From positions 64,001 through 128,000 of the forward strand of contig CAVXEP010000016.1 in assembly GCA_963760795.1 (NCBI GenBank): DNA of 64,000 bases, given 5' to 3'. Each line of letters starts with the position of its first letter. The stretch's first letter is position 1. This stretch comes from an uncultured delta proteobacterium. GTDB lineage: Bacteria; Desulfobacterota; Binatia; UBA9968. Shown piece by piece: positions 1-10,446 of this stretch. Both the position numbers and the translations under genes were made by a program. The notes beneath the pieces are model-generated. The model did no database searches, was not told where the DNA came from, and saw nothing but the letters and a program-made list of their open reading frames with translations.

Positions 1-706
1 CAATGTATTGATGTACCTGCCGACGATTCTCTACCTGTTCATCCTGCCCTACACCGGCCATGGCCGGGATGAGCCGAATGCGCCGACAGCCGGCCGGGTA
101 AGTCTCCGCAGCGCGCTGCAATTGTTGCGCGAAACCGCGTCCAATCCGACGATCCTGTCGATGATCTTGTTGGGCGGCGCCACGTCGTTGCTCGTCGGTA
201 ATGCATTTCAAGCGCAGATGCCGGAGTTTGCCCATGACTTTGGCCACGATAAGCAAGACTTGGCGTACAGCATGTTGCTCGGCGCCAATGCCGCCGGCGC
301 GGCGGTCGGAGGCTTGCTCCTGGAAGGCACCGGTTGGCTCAAGGCTAATGCGCGTAACGCATCGATCTGTTCGATCCTGTGGTGCATGACCATCGTCGGC
401 TTCGCCGCCGCGACCAACTACATACTCGCGTTGACGCTGCTTTTTGGCTCCGGGATGCTCAACCTGGCGTTTCTCTCGATGGCGCAGACGCTGGTGCAGT
501 TGCAAGCGCCGCCGCAGTTGCGCGGTCGACTGATCGGCCTGTTCAATACTTCGAACAACGGCCTGCGCGCCTTCAGCGGCGTCACGGTCGGCGTCGTCGG
601 CGGACTGATCGGCATTCACTGGTCGTTAGCGATCAGCGCCATGGTGTTGTTGGCAGTGACCATCGCGCTCTTCGCCCTGGTGATTCCCAGCCGGAGCGCG
701 GAGTAG
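1..706 (+). CDS. MFS transporter, C-terminal part (starts before window)
   Basis: Multiple hydrophobic helices; QTLVQLQAPPQLRGRLIG motif typical of the C-terminal half of MFS_3/H+-antiporter-like proteins. Confidence 0.85.
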   Translation, partial: NVLMYLPTILYLFILPYTGHGRDEPNAPTAGRVSLRSALQLLRETASNPTILSMILLGGATSLLVGNAFQAQMPEFAHDFGHDKQDLAYSMLLGANAAGAAVGGLLLEGTGWLKANARNASICSILWCMTIVGFAAATNYILALTLLFGSGMLNLAFLSMAQTLVQLQAPPQLRGRLIGLFNTSNNGLRAFSGVTVGVVGGLIGIHWSLAISAMVLLAVTIALFALVIPSRSAE

Positions 707-757
707 TAGCAGTCGAAAATAAAGCAAGGATTGTGAAAGGTCTTTGGATTTTCTCTG

Positions 758-1717
758 CTAAGCTGCTTGATGGGCGCTTTGGAGGCGGAACTCGTTGTTC
801 TTGAGGGCGCGGTAGCTTTCGAGCAGTTGATTCTTTTCCGCTTCTGAGATGCCCAACTGCGGGCGGCGCACGGTGGCGGTTTTGATCAGTCCTTCGTAGT
901 GCAGCACGACTTTGATGCGCGCGACGGCTTCGACGATCGGTTCGCTGAAGACCAATTCTTTCACCGACTCCAGTTCTTCTTGTATTCTAAAAGCTTCGTC
1001 GAACCTACCGGCACGGCCGGCGAAATCCATGGCGCCCCATTTTTCGGTGGCGACGTTGGCGACGCCGATGAGCGCGCCGTTGGCGCCCAATTGATAACAC
1101 TCGGCGACGAAACGGTCGTTGCCGGTGAGGATTCTCATCGGCGGATTTGTCGCGCTGTAGTTGCTTGGCGGTGCTGGTAAATAATTCTTTATCGAACGAA
1201 GCTTCTTTGAAGGCGACGACATTGTCCAGCCGGGCGATGCGGCAGATGGTGTCGGGATCGTAGTAGTAGCTTTTTACCGGTATCTGAAACAGCACGACGG
1301 GGAGCTTGGTTTCGCGCGCCAGATCTTCGAAGAAGCGCACTTTCAGATTGTTATCGACCTTGCCCCAGGAGAACAGCAGTGGCGGAAAAATCATCACGCC
1401 GTCGACCGCGAGATTTTCCAGATCGTTCATCAGCGCCACCGCTTCGTCGGTGGACTGGGGCGCGATGGCGGCGATGTGGACTTTGCCGGCATCGCGGGCG
1501 ATCTTGCCGCAGACTTCGTAGACCTGGCGTTTTTCCTGAATGGATAAAACCGGGCTCTCGCCGATGCGCGCGCAGGAAACCAGGCCGGCGACACCGGGAG
1601 GGCGGCAAGATGTTTGGTCAACCGGCTTAAGCTCTCGCCATCCAAGGAGCCGTCGTGGTTAAACGGTGTAACGTAGGGGATAAATAGACCGGTGAATTTG
1701 TCGTGAATCGCTGCCAT
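758..1717 (-). CDS. Dihydrodipicolinate synthase (DapA/aldolase) family protein, split by 2 frameshifts
   Basis: Pieces in three frames: FTGLFIPYVTPFNHDGSLD; DGVMIFPP...NVVAFKEAS (Schiff-base Lys); ILTGNDRF...GANGALIGVAN...VRRPQL. Confidence 0.8.
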
Positions 1718-1817
1718 GAGATCCTCCAGGGAGAGCGCTTGAATTTGCCGCAGAGCCAAGTAGAACAGAATCCGCCAATGGGTTCAAGTTTTACTTGGTT
1801 TGGGAGCATAGAAGACT

Positions 1818-3373
1818 ATGATCAAACAGATTTCACCCAGCGATACGTCCCAGTTGACGGCATCAGATGGCTTGTTCGCGGTCTTCGACGTGCGCGAACG
1901 CGGCGAGTACAACGACGGCCAGATTCCGCATGCGACTTCGTTGCCGCGCAGCCAGATCGAGTTTCGCATCGACGCTTTGGTGCCTAACCGAAAAGTACCG
2001 ATCGTCGTCTACGACGAGGGCGGAAGGCGGGCGGAACTGGCTGCCGATACCCTGGCTGATCTCGGATATCAGGATGTGGCAGTTATGCGCGGTGGCTTAG
2101 GCGCATGGGAGAAGGAGCAACGGCAGACCGTCAGCGGCGTCAACGTGCCGAGCAAGGCGTTCGGCGAGCGAGTGCATCACGAGCGCGCAGTGCCGGACTT
2201 GTCGCCGGAGGAGCTGAAATCGTTGCTCGACAGCAACAGCGACTTGACGATCCTCGATGTTCGCACGCCGGAGGAATACGGCAGGTTTTGCATACCCGGT
2301 GGCATCAATGTTCCGGGCGGTGAATTAATTCTCTGGGCCGAAGAATTGCGCCACAAGCCGGCGGTAATCGTCAATTGCGCCGGACGGACGCGCAGTATCA
2401 TCGGCGCCGCGGCGTTGCGCCGTATGGGCTTGACCAACGTGCGCGCGCTGCGCAACGGCACCATGGGCTGGGTGTTGGCGGGATATGACTTGGAAACCAA
2501 GCCAGCACCAAAATGCAGTGGTACCGCAAAACCAGAGTCAAGCGATTGCGGTGGCACTGGAGATCGCAGGCGATGAAAAGATTGCCTGGACCACGCCGGA
2601 GCAACTCGTTGATCTAATTGCGCATGCCGCCGATGGTGTCAATTACATCATCGACGTGCGTTCCGAGGCCGAGTTTGCCGCCGGTCATATTGCGGGTGCG
2701 CTCAATGTCCCGGGCGGACAAGCCGTGCAGCGTGCCGATGATTTTGTCCCGGTGCGCAACGGTCATATCGTGTTTGTCAGTAATCAATCGGCGCGCGCCG
2801 TGATGGCGGCATACTGGTATGGGCAGATGGGATTCAAGCATGTCAGCGTCCTGCAAGGCGGCCTGGAAGCCTGGCCGGGGAGCGGCGGAAAGCTTGTTAC
2901 TGTTGTGACAGCGGCTGAGCCGTTGGGCTTCGACTTGGCAAAGCGTAGCGCGCGGATTATCGATGCGACAAAGCTGCGGCAGCTGAGCAGCGAAGGGTCG
3001 TTGATCCTCGATGTCAGTACCAGCTTGGAATATGAAAGCGCTCACATCCCGGGAGCCGAGTGGATTTCCCGTGGCTGGATTGACATCAAGCTGCCGGAGC
3101 TGGTCCCAGATCGCACGCAGCCGATTGTTCTGACCTGCGCCGATGGGCGGCACTCGATCTTCGCGGCGCGCCAGCTTGCACAGACTTGCTTACAGCGATG
3201 TACAGGTTCTCGACGCTGGTGTGCGCGGTTGGATGGCTGCCGGACTTGAAACCGCCGCGGGCCTGGAAAAATGCTTGGTCAAAGCCAATGACGTTGTGTT
3301 GTCGCCGTCAATCCGCGGCAACAAGGAAGATATGCTGAATTATTTGAATTGGGAGCTGAAGCTGAAGCACTAA
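1818..3373 (+). CDS. Multi-domain rhodanese/sulfurtransferase (4 rhodanese repeats), split by 2 frameshifts
   Basis: Repeated DVR..EY/F..GHIPGA motifs and VNCAGRTRS active-site loop; ORFs 1818-2576, 2485-3249 and 3143-3373 join; ends YLNWELKL. Confidence 0.85.
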
Positions 3374-3437
3374 CCTGGGATCGGCTCTCCCGCCGTAGAC
3401 CTCGTCGTGGCACTATTCCCAGCCGAGTGATTGCGTC

Positions 3438-4005
3438 TCAACAATTGTCGTACTTGGCGCTGGCGAAAAATTTGACCGAGCGACTGACTAATGTCGAATT
3501 GCAGACGTTGCATGTTGGCCAGGTCCTTGCCGTAGACATGAACCTCCACAGTATTTTTTTGCGTGGTGTTGAGCATCTGGTGGATGTCGTCGTCCGGCGC
3601 GACTAGAGTTGAAACCGTTCCCGCCTTGTTGCTGTTGACTCCGGTTGGCTCTAGTTCGGCGTAACCTGCTTTGCTGCCGTCGTCGCGGCGCTTGAAGCGG
3701 GTTTCCTGCAACTCATTATCCACCACGCCCACCAGCCCCCAGGTGTCATGGTTATGGGCTTTGGCGCCGTCGCCCGGACCCCAGACCACCGAGGTGACAT
3801 TGAACAACCGCGCGCGGTGCAGCATGTAGCGGCCGTAGGTCTTGCCGCCATGGCGTTTGAACTGCGGCTCGATGCAGGCGGGATCTTTGACCAATTCCGC
3901 GAGCAGCGGTTTGGCCACGGCGACGATTTTCTCCTGCTCCTGGTAGCGGCCGGTGATGTCGGTTAAATCTTTAATGAATTGTTGCAGCGAGTAAGGTGAG
4001 TTCAC
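3438..4005 (-). CDS. Cysteine dioxygenase / thiol dioxygenase family (cupin)
   Basis: WGPGDGAKAHNHDTWG, DIHQM and VHVYG motifs (3-His iron site); probable frameshift near 3480 gives natural end SVKFFASAKYDNC* at 3438. Confidence 0.8.
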
Positions 4006-4052
4006 TTTGATTTACACCACCACGGACATGAAATTCACGAAGTCAAAAAAGT

Positions 4053-4077
4053 GAGGGCGGGTTAAGTACCCGCCCTC
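4053..4077. repeat. REP-like hairpin GAGGGCGGGT-TAAGT-ACCCGCCCTC
   Basis: Perfect 10-bp inverted repeat; same family as AAGGGCGGGTTTAAAACCCGCCCTT at about 30707-30731. Confidence 0.7.
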
Positions 4078-4153
4078 TGATTTCCATTTTGCGATCTATG
4101 CGTGGCTCAGTTCCTTCGCATCCGCGCAGGACAAGCTTTGCGGCCAATCGTTC

Positions 4154-5206
4154 TTACGCCGCCTGCTTTTGCACGCGCGGCAGTTTCGATGCGTCGATGT
4201 CATAGAGCCGGCAGACGTTGTCGCAGACGACTTTGCGTTGCGTCTCTTCCGGCAAGTGGCCGAGATCGCGTTGGATGATCTTGATCGAGTTCGGCCAGGT
4301 GGAATTGGGATGCGGGAAATCGTTGGACCACATGATGTTGTCCTGGCCCCAGAAGGCCAGGTTCTCGCCGCAGACATGGTCGTTGAAGAAGCAGGCGAAG
4401 ATCTGATCCTTGATATAGCTGCTGGGGTTGCGCGAGAAGGCCGGCGGATTCTCTTTCTTGAAGCGATTGTAGTAGTAATCCCACTGCTGAAACATCCATG
4501 GCATCCAGCCCGATTCATTTTCCACCGAGACGATTTTGAGCTTGGGATTTCGTTCGAGGACGCCGCAGAAGACCAGCTCGAACAACGCGTTGGCGATGTC
4601 CATCAGCTTTAGATTGACGCTGCCGCGATAGCGCTCGACGCCCTTGCGGTTTTTGTCCTTGTTGTAGCTGTGGCCGGTGAGGATATGCAGGCTCACCGGC
4701 GCCTCGAGATCGGCGCAGGCGGCCCAGAACTTTTCATAATGGTCGGAGGTGAAGGGGATGTCTTTGTGCGGCGCCTGCCAGATGATCGCGCCCTTCAATC
4801 CGGCCTTGTGGCAACGCTCAAGCTCCTTGATGCCGTTGTCGACGTTATAAACCGCGATGGCGGGAATGCCGATCAACCGGGCCGGGCCGGCGCTGCAGTA
4901 GTCGATGAGCCAGTCGTTGTAGACGCGAAAGCATTCTTCTTGCAGTCCGGCGTCGTCGAGGCCGAAAAGGTCCAAACCTAGCGTCGGATAAAGCACCTCG
5001 GCGCTCAAGCCGTCGGATTCCATTTCGCGCATGCGCGCGTTGGCATCCCAGCCGCCTGCATGTTGCTGGAACCCTTCGCCGACCTGGTGCGGCGGAAACA
5101 GCGGCGCGGTGTCGCGGTATTTTGCCGACACGCCTTTTTTCCATAGGTCTACCGGTTCCATGACATGGGAATCGGATGAAATGATGAGATCGCTGACAAA
5201 AGCCAT
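4154..5206 (-). CDS. Amidohydrolase family protein (Amidohydro_2)
   Basis: ISSDSHVMEP, SLHI, WSNDFPHPNSTWP motifs. Confidence 0.9.
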   Translation of the reverse strand: MAFVSDLIISSDSHVMEPVDLWKKGVSAKYRDTAPLFPPHQVGEGFQQHAGGWDANARMREMESDGLSAEVLYPTLGLDLFGLDDAGLQEECFRVYNDWLIDYCSAGPARLIGIPAIAVYNVDNGIKELERCHKAGLKGAIIWQAPHKDIPFTSDHYEKFWAACADLEAPVSLHILTGHSYNKDKNRKGVERYRGSVNLKLMDIANALFELVFCGVLERNPKLKIVSVENESGWMPWMFQQWDYYYNRFKKENPPAFSRNPSSYIKDQIFACFFNDHVCGENLAFWGQDNIMWSNDFPHPNSTWPNSIKIIQRDLGHLPEETQRKVVCDNVCRLYDIDASKLPRVQKQAA

Positions 5207-5244
5207 ATATCGATCCTCCTTGATTTGGGACGATTGAGGGATTT

Positions 5245-5280
5245 AGCCGCACCTTAATAGATAGAAGGTGCGGCTGTCAA
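5245..5280 (-). promoter_or_regulatory. 11-bp inverted repeat abutting a TTGACA -35 box; possible operator
   Basis: AGCCGCACCTT-N9-AAGGTGCGGCT next to TTGACA (minus strand 5275-5280), upstream of the amidohydrolase. Confidence 0.4.
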
Positions 5281-5295
5281 TTGGCGAAAGACGAG

Positions 5296-5373
5296 CTGGA
5301 GTGATGGAGTAATGGAGTGGTGGAGTGTTGGGTCTCGGTCGGAACCCAGTACTCCAATACTCCATTACTCCAG
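5296..5373. repeat. Palindrome of 8-bp tandem units (TGGAGTNN)n ... (NNACTCCA)n
   Basis: CTGGAGTGATGGAGTAATGGAGTGGTGGAGTGTTGGG ... CCCAGTACTCCAATACTCCATTACTCCAG; half copy at 11700-11725. Confidence 0.85.
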
Positions 5374-6024
5374 TTATTCATTCTCGTCCGGTTTGCGCCA
5401 GACCGATGCCAACCATGGTTGTTGTTCGCGCGGTAAGCCGGCGGGGCGGTAGTAGTGATCTATCAAGGTGAAGCCGGCACCCGTAACCAGGGCTTGCCAA
5501 GTTTGCCAATCATGGTAGGCACCGAAGCGTTCGCCGTTCCAGCCCTCCTGGTCGTCACCGCGCGGGTTGGAGCTGAACAGCACGCCATTGGCTTTCAAAG
5601 TCGCCCACAGTTCTTTTAAGACACGCGGCAACTCTTGGCTGGGCACATGGAACAGCGCAGCGTTGGCGAAGATGCCGTCGAAATATTCCGCCGGCAATTG
5701 CAGCGTGAGAAAATCCTGATGCCAGACTTCGCAGCCAGTGAAGTTGCGCGCCATCTCGGCGAAGCGCGCCGAGCCGTCGAGACCGACGGGCTCATGGCCC
5801 AAATCTTTGAAGGCCTTCAAGTCGCGGCCGGGGCCACAGCCGAAGTCGAGGATGCGAAAGGGTGGCGTGCCGACCATCGCTTGCGACAATGCCTGGATGT
5901 TTTGGCTGACGTCATGGTCGCGGGTATCGCGCCAAAAAATTTCGGCGCGCCGATCGTAGTGGTTGACCGTGACCGTTGAAATGCGGCCGAGCTCTGCGCT
6001 GCTAAGTTTGGGATCCCTGACCAT
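5374..6024 (-). CDS. Class I SAM-dependent methyltransferase
   Basis: ILDFGCGPGRD motif I and FDGIFANAALFHVP; start placed at MVRDPK. Confidence 0.9.
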   Translation of the reverse strand: MVRDPKLSSAELGRISTVTVNHYDRRAEIFWRDTRDHDVSQNIQALSQAMVGTPPFRILDFGCGPGRDLKAFKDLGHEPVGLDGSARFAEMARNFTGCEVWHQDFLTLQLPAEYFDGIFANAALFHVPSQELPRVLKELWATLKANGVLFSSNPRGDDQEGWNGERFGAYHDWQTWQALVTGAGFTLIDHYYRPAGLPREQQPWLASVWRKPDENE

Positions 6025-6086
6025 GATCGCCTGAACGAACCATGGCCAAATTTTGATTGCAAGAGAAGCCGAGCCAGCGGGAGCGA

Positions 6087-6678
6087 TTAGAAATCGTAGC
6101 CTTCCCAAAGTTCGGAGGGGCCGTTGCGGCGTTGTTGGTCGAGCTGTTGTTGGTTGCGGTACAAGATTACGGTGGTGAGCTTGGCGGACTGCAGTTGGTT
6201 TTGCCGGTCCCAGTATTCGACGACCAGGTGATCGGCATCCTTGCGCAGGTGCTTGAGCCGCCCGTTTTTGCCGTCGACGATCGCCCCCATCGTGCGCAGC
6301 CGTTCGCCTAAACTGTAAATATCGGCGCGCCGGTAATTGTCCAAGCGATACGCCCGATTGAGTTGGTCGAGACGCTGGATCTCGGCGGGCTCGTAGCGGC
6401 GGCTGAAGGACGTGGTGGCCGCCGCCGGCAGTGCCGGCGCGATGCCACGCAGCTTGTTCCAAGCACTGGCAAAGAACCCCTCCGGGATCGTCTCAAATGG
6501 GTTGGGGTGGCTCTCACCGCGCGCTTCGAACACCGTCCCATCGGTCTCAATTTCTAGAACTCTGGGGAATAATTGGGCTAAATCCTGGCCGACGACTCGC
6601 AATGCCGTAGCGTAACTGGGCTCGGCGACCTCGGCCCCGGCGATGGCCGTACCGGCGTCGGCTTGCTGCGGTGACATG
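6087..6678 (-). CDS. Hypothetical protein
   Basis: About 197-aa ORF co-oriented with neighbours; no recognised motif. Confidence 0.65.
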
Positions 6679-6756
6679 AGCGAAATTTTAATCTGCTTTG
6701 CCGGCCAAGGCAACGACAAAATAATCTGCGTGCTCGAATGTGCGAGGCGGACCTGG

Positions 6757-7749
6757 TCAAGTAGCGTTGCGAATTTGCACGTGCGGATTGATTAAGCTGG
6801 ATGGGTTGCCGTCGAGGTAGGCCAAGAGGTTGGTGATGGCTTGCTCGTAGCGCTCCCTGAGAATCTCCACCGTGGTGTAGCCGCGATGGGACATCAAGAT
6901 GGCATTATCGAAATGGCGCAGCGGGTGACCCATCGGCAACGGTTCTTGGTCATAGACGTCGAGGCCGACGCCGCCCAACTGGCCGCTTTCGAGGGCGGCC
7001 AGCATGGCCTTTTCGTTGATGATCGGGCCGCGGCCGGTGTTCACCAGGAACGCGCCGCGTTTCATAGAGGAAATTTCTTTTTCACCGATTAAGCCCGTGG
7101 TCTGGGCACTGAAGTGGACATGGACCGTGACGAAATCGGATTCTTTCAGCAGGGTTTCCATCGGCACCGCTTCGGCGCCGACTTGGGCGGCCCGTTCCGG
7201 CGTCAGGCTGCGTGACCAGCCCAATACCCTGGTGTTGAAGGCTTTCATGATGCGCGCGACTTCGTTGCCGATGCGGCCTAGACCAAGGACGCCGATGGTT
7301 TTGCCTTCGAGCAGCATGCCGGTGAGCGCCGGCCAGCGCTCCTCGCGCATGCGTTGATTGATTTGGGGAATTTTGCGCGCCAACGCCAGGATCAAGCCGA
7401 CGGTGAGTTCTTTGGTCGCTGCACCGGTATCGCTAGGTGTGCCGGAGATGGCGATACCTCGCTTGGTGGCATTGGCCAAATCCAAATGGACACTGGTGCG
7501 GCCGGTCTGCGAGATGAATTTCAACTTCGGCAGTTGGCCGTATTCCTTGTCACTGAAAAACGTCCGTTCGCGCATGAGCAACAGCGCATCGAAGTCGCGC
7601 AAGCGCTCGACGATCTTTTCACTGGAGTCCAGCCGTTCGCGCAGGAGCGTGATGTCGGCGCGGGCTTTGAGTTTGGCGTAGGCCGGCACGGTGTCGGCGA
7701 TCTTCTCGAAGTCGTCGAGAATGGCGATCTTGAAACTGCTGGTTGCCAT
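6757..7749 (-). CDS. D-2-hydroxyacid dehydrogenase family protein
   Basis: GVLGLGRIG Rossmann motif, VNTGRG, LDVYDQEP, SHRGY. Confidence 0.92.
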   Translation of the reverse strand: MATSSFKIAILDDFEKIADTVPAYAKLKARADITLLRERLDSSEKIVERLRDFDALLLMRERTFFSDKEYGQLPKLKFISQTGRTSVHLDLANATKRGIAISGTPSDTGAATKELTVGLILALARKIPQINQRMREERWPALTGMLLEGKTIGVLGLGRIGNEVARIMKAFNTRVLGWSRSLTPERAAQVGAEAVPMETLLKESDFVTVHVHFSAQTTGLIGEKEISSMKRGAFLVNTGRGPIINEKAMLAALESGQLGGVGLDVYDQEPLPMGHPLRHFDNAILMSHRGYTTVEILRERYEQAITNLLAYLDGNPSSLINPHVQIRNAT

Positions 7750-7755
7750 GGGATT

Positions 7756-8436
7756 TTATCTCGTCGCGGTCACTTCGACTTCGCAGAACTTTCCTTCCGA
7801 GGAATAACCGTCGACGATGACATACTCCATTCGTGGAATTTTTGCCGTTACCTGGCGCGAAAACAACGCTTTCAAGTTCGCCAAATCCTGGCTGCGGTGG
7901 AAATAGAATGAAACCTGCGCGACCTTGTCCCAGGAGCTGCCCGCGTCGCTGAGAGAGCCGGTGATGCGCGGCAGAATGTTGTCGAATTGGTCGGCCAACG
8001 TCGGCAGCACGGTAGTGACGCCCGAAAGCACCACCACGGAGTCGTAAACCAAGAAGCGGATGGGCACGATGGCTGGCTCGTATTCGACGATCTTTTTTTC
8101 CAGATCGGCGCGGGCGGGGCGCATGGCGAGCAAGTCGACGGCGACCTTGGCCGGCGAATCGAAATGGCCCGGCGCGATGTAGCTTGAGCTGGCTGAGCGC
8201 GCCTTGCCCGAAAGTACTTTAACCCGCTCGTTGCTGCCGGCGTCTCGGCTGGCCCGGTCGCGGCCCCAGAGCCGCGAGCGCACGGTGTTGTCGAGGGACA
8301 AGCCATGGGCGCGTAGTTCACGATCAAAGCGTTGAAAAAGTTCGCGCGCTTCGCTGCCGGCATCGGCGCCGGATGGCGCTTCTCCCGACAGCTCGATAAA
8401 CTCATGGCCTAGCCAATTGAAGATTCTTTTGCGCAT
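7756..8436 (-). CDS. RidA/YjgF-like protein with two Rid-like domains
   Basis: LSLDNTVRSRLW in the first half; LSDAGSSWDKVAQVSFY...CEVEVTA in the second half. Confidence 0.7.
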   Translation of the reverse strand: MRKRIFNWLGHEFIELSGEAPSGADAGSEARELFQRFDRELRAHGLSLDNTVRSRLWGRDRASRDAGSNERVKVLSGKARSASSSYIAPGHFDSPAKVAVDLLAMRPARADLEKKIVEYEPAIVPIRFLVYDSVVVLSGVTTVLPTLADQFDNILPRITGSLSDAGSSWDKVAQVSFYFHRSQDLANLKALFSRQVTAKIPRMEYVIVDGYSSEGKFCEVEVTATR

Positions 8437-8574
8437 GACGGATTCCTCCGATCTGAACGGCGCGATCCTATTACAGGGCGGCGTTAGGATCAACGCCAAT
8501 CCTGGTTCGATCGCGCCGGTGACAACGCCGTGGCTGCACCATCGCGCTAAAATCGCTGGCCCGAACAGGCACGG

Positions 8575-8721
8575 TTATTTTCTCGTGAGGAGAAACAGAA
8601 AGTCTTTGACTACCGCGAGCAACGACTTTTCGTAAAATGTTAGCGACAAGAAATTAGCTATCCCGATTGCCGCGACGAAGACAATAAAAAAGAAAAATAA
8701 CGCGCCTAACTTCGTCAGCAT
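8575..8721 (-). CDS. Small membrane protein (48 aa)
   Basis: GGGGGA RBS and hydrophobic MLTKLGALFFFFIVFVAAIGIANF. Confidence 0.5.
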   Translation of the reverse strand: MLTKLGALFFFFIVFVAAIGIANFLSLTFYEKSLLAVVKDFLFLLTRK

Positions 8722-8753
8722 GATTCCCCCTCGCTCTGCCCTCGGATAACCTG

Positions 8754-10298
8754 CTAGGGCGTTAGTCCACAGCAATTTGCTTGCGCGGACTTTGATCCGG
8801 TTGGCGCCGCCTCCCAAACGGTGCGCAGGTCCGGTGAGTAGGGATAGCGGATGCCGTTCTCCTCGAGAATTTTCCCGGTCGCATTCAAAAGATCGGCGCG
8901 ATTGAACACCATGGTCTCGTGGGTCAATACACCTGACGAGGCAAACTTGAAGCTGATCTGCTCGTCGCGATTGTCGCGCAGCAGTTCGACCAAATGGCGC
9001 ATGTTGCGCACCGGCACGCCGTTGACCTCGCTCAGTACCGAGCGATTGGGGTCGTCGTAGCCCTTGGTGATCCGATCCGGGAACAGCGGCGAGGCGACAA
9101 CGATGAGCTCTTCGTCATCGAAGGCCGGCCGGTCTTGGCGCCGGGTCACCAGCGGACTCGGGCGCCGGCCGAATGAAGTCGGGCGTTGGTTGCCGAGCCG
9201 TTCGAGGTAATCCTGGGTGGTTTGTGAAAAGACGAACGGTCCGAATATGAAATAGCGCGGACTGGCGTCCATCAAATAAGGGATCACCAGCTCTCTTTGC
9301 GAACGCACCGGCAAATCGATCGATATCAACTTGCCAGCGCGGAATACGGTCAGCGGCAGCGAGCCGTTCTTGGCATGCTTCTGGACCAAGTAGGATGCCG
9401 ACAAACGCAGGTCGTAACGAATGGCAACTTTGCCGTCGCTGTCGATGGGCGTGTCGCCAACTTTGGTGATGACATCCCACTCTTTCAACGGGTAGTTGGA
9501 ATCGTCGCGGTAAGGCTGCGAGACCATGACGCCGTTGATGCCCTTGGGCAGGCCGAGGCGCTGGCGCAGGGCATCGTTCTCTACGGTTTGGATCAAATCA
9601 TGAGTCTGCGGTTTGCCGTCGTACACGCCGTCTTTGATGTCGGTGAGAAAATGTTGAATTTCCTCGATGGGAATCAGATAGCCGATGTTCTGGGCGTTTT
9701 GAATTAAGCTAAACACCAATCCAACCAGTTTGCCGTCGGTTACCGCCGGGCCGCCGCTGTTGCCGAAATTGAGCGCTGCGTCGACCTGTATGCGCAAACC
9801 GGTGGCCTGGTAGTAATAGTCGGTGTACTCGATGCGCGATACGATCCCTTGGGTCACCGAGAGCTCCGTGCCGCCGGTAGGATAGCCGTAGACATTGATG
9901 TTGTCTTTGACCCGCGGCAGTTCCTCGGCGAAGGGTAGGGCGCCGCGCTTATCGAAAAATGATTCGTCGTCCAGTTTCAAGATCGCCAGATCCATTCCTG
10001 GGGTGATCGCTTCGACCCGCGCCGAAATATGGTTCGCCGATTGGTTCGGTTGCACGTAGATTTGGCTGGCGTATTTCACCACATGGGCGTTGGTGAGAAT
10101 CCGTCGGCCGTCGATAACCACGCCGGAGCCTTTAACCTGCTGAGGACTATTTTTCGTCCACGGCCGGAGTAAATCCGGGGCATGCTGGACCGCATGAATC
10201 TTGACGACCAGGTCGCGTATCTGATCCTGCGCCGAGGCTTGGCGCGCAGCTAGGGCGAAAAGCAGGACGCTGAATAGTCCGGTAACAGTTCGGCGCAT
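8754..10298 (-). CDS. Secreted HtrA/Deg-type trypsin-like serine protease with PDZ domains
   Basis: Signal peptide; LTNAHVV, DLAILK and NFGNSGGP catalytic triad motifs; C-terminal PDZ-like regions. Confidence 0.92.
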   Translation of the reverse strand: MRRTVTGLFSVLLFALAARQASAQDQIRDLVVKIHAVQHAPDLLRPWTKNSPQQVKGSGVVIDGRRILTNAHVVKYASQIYVQPNQSANHISARVEAITPGMDLAILKLDDESFFDKRGALPFAEELPRVKDNINVYGYPTGGTELSVTQGIVSRIEYTDYYYQATGLRIQVDAALNFGNSGGPAVTDGKLVGLVFSLIQNAQNIGYLIPIEEIQHFLTDIKDGVYDGKPQTHDLIQTVENDALRQRLGLPKGINGVMVSQPYRDDSNYPLKEWDVITKVGDTPIDSDGKVAIRYDLRLSASYLVQKHAKNGSLPLTVFRAGKLISIDLPVRSQRELVIPYLMDASPRYFIFGPFVFSQTTQDYLERLGNQRPTSFGRRPSPLVTRRQDRPAFDDEELIVVASPLFPDRITKGYDDPNRSVLSEVNGVPVRNMRHLVELLRDNRDEQISFKFASSGVLTHETMVFNRADLLNATGKILEENGIRYPYSPDLRTVWEAAPTGSKSAQANCCGLTP

Positions 10299-10446
10299 GG
10301 GTGCTCCTTGATGGATATGTCGTAGAACTTAATTGGAACGGTTCGGATTATATACGAAAAGAGTGGCTATAGGTAAGACGCCTGTGCTTAATCCATCCTT
10401 TGACTGGCCGGCAAGGCTCTAGTACACCCGATGGAGCCAACTGAAC

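Noticed and set aside
1818-3373. Programmed frameshifting or true pseudogenes
   Set aside because: Indels are scattered across unrelated genes with no consistent slippery sites; sequencing error is more parsimonious
6025-6462. N-terminal extension of the methyltransferase ORF (5374-6462)
   Set aside because: Overlaps the 6087-6678 gene in another frame and has low-complexity composition; real start is probably 6024
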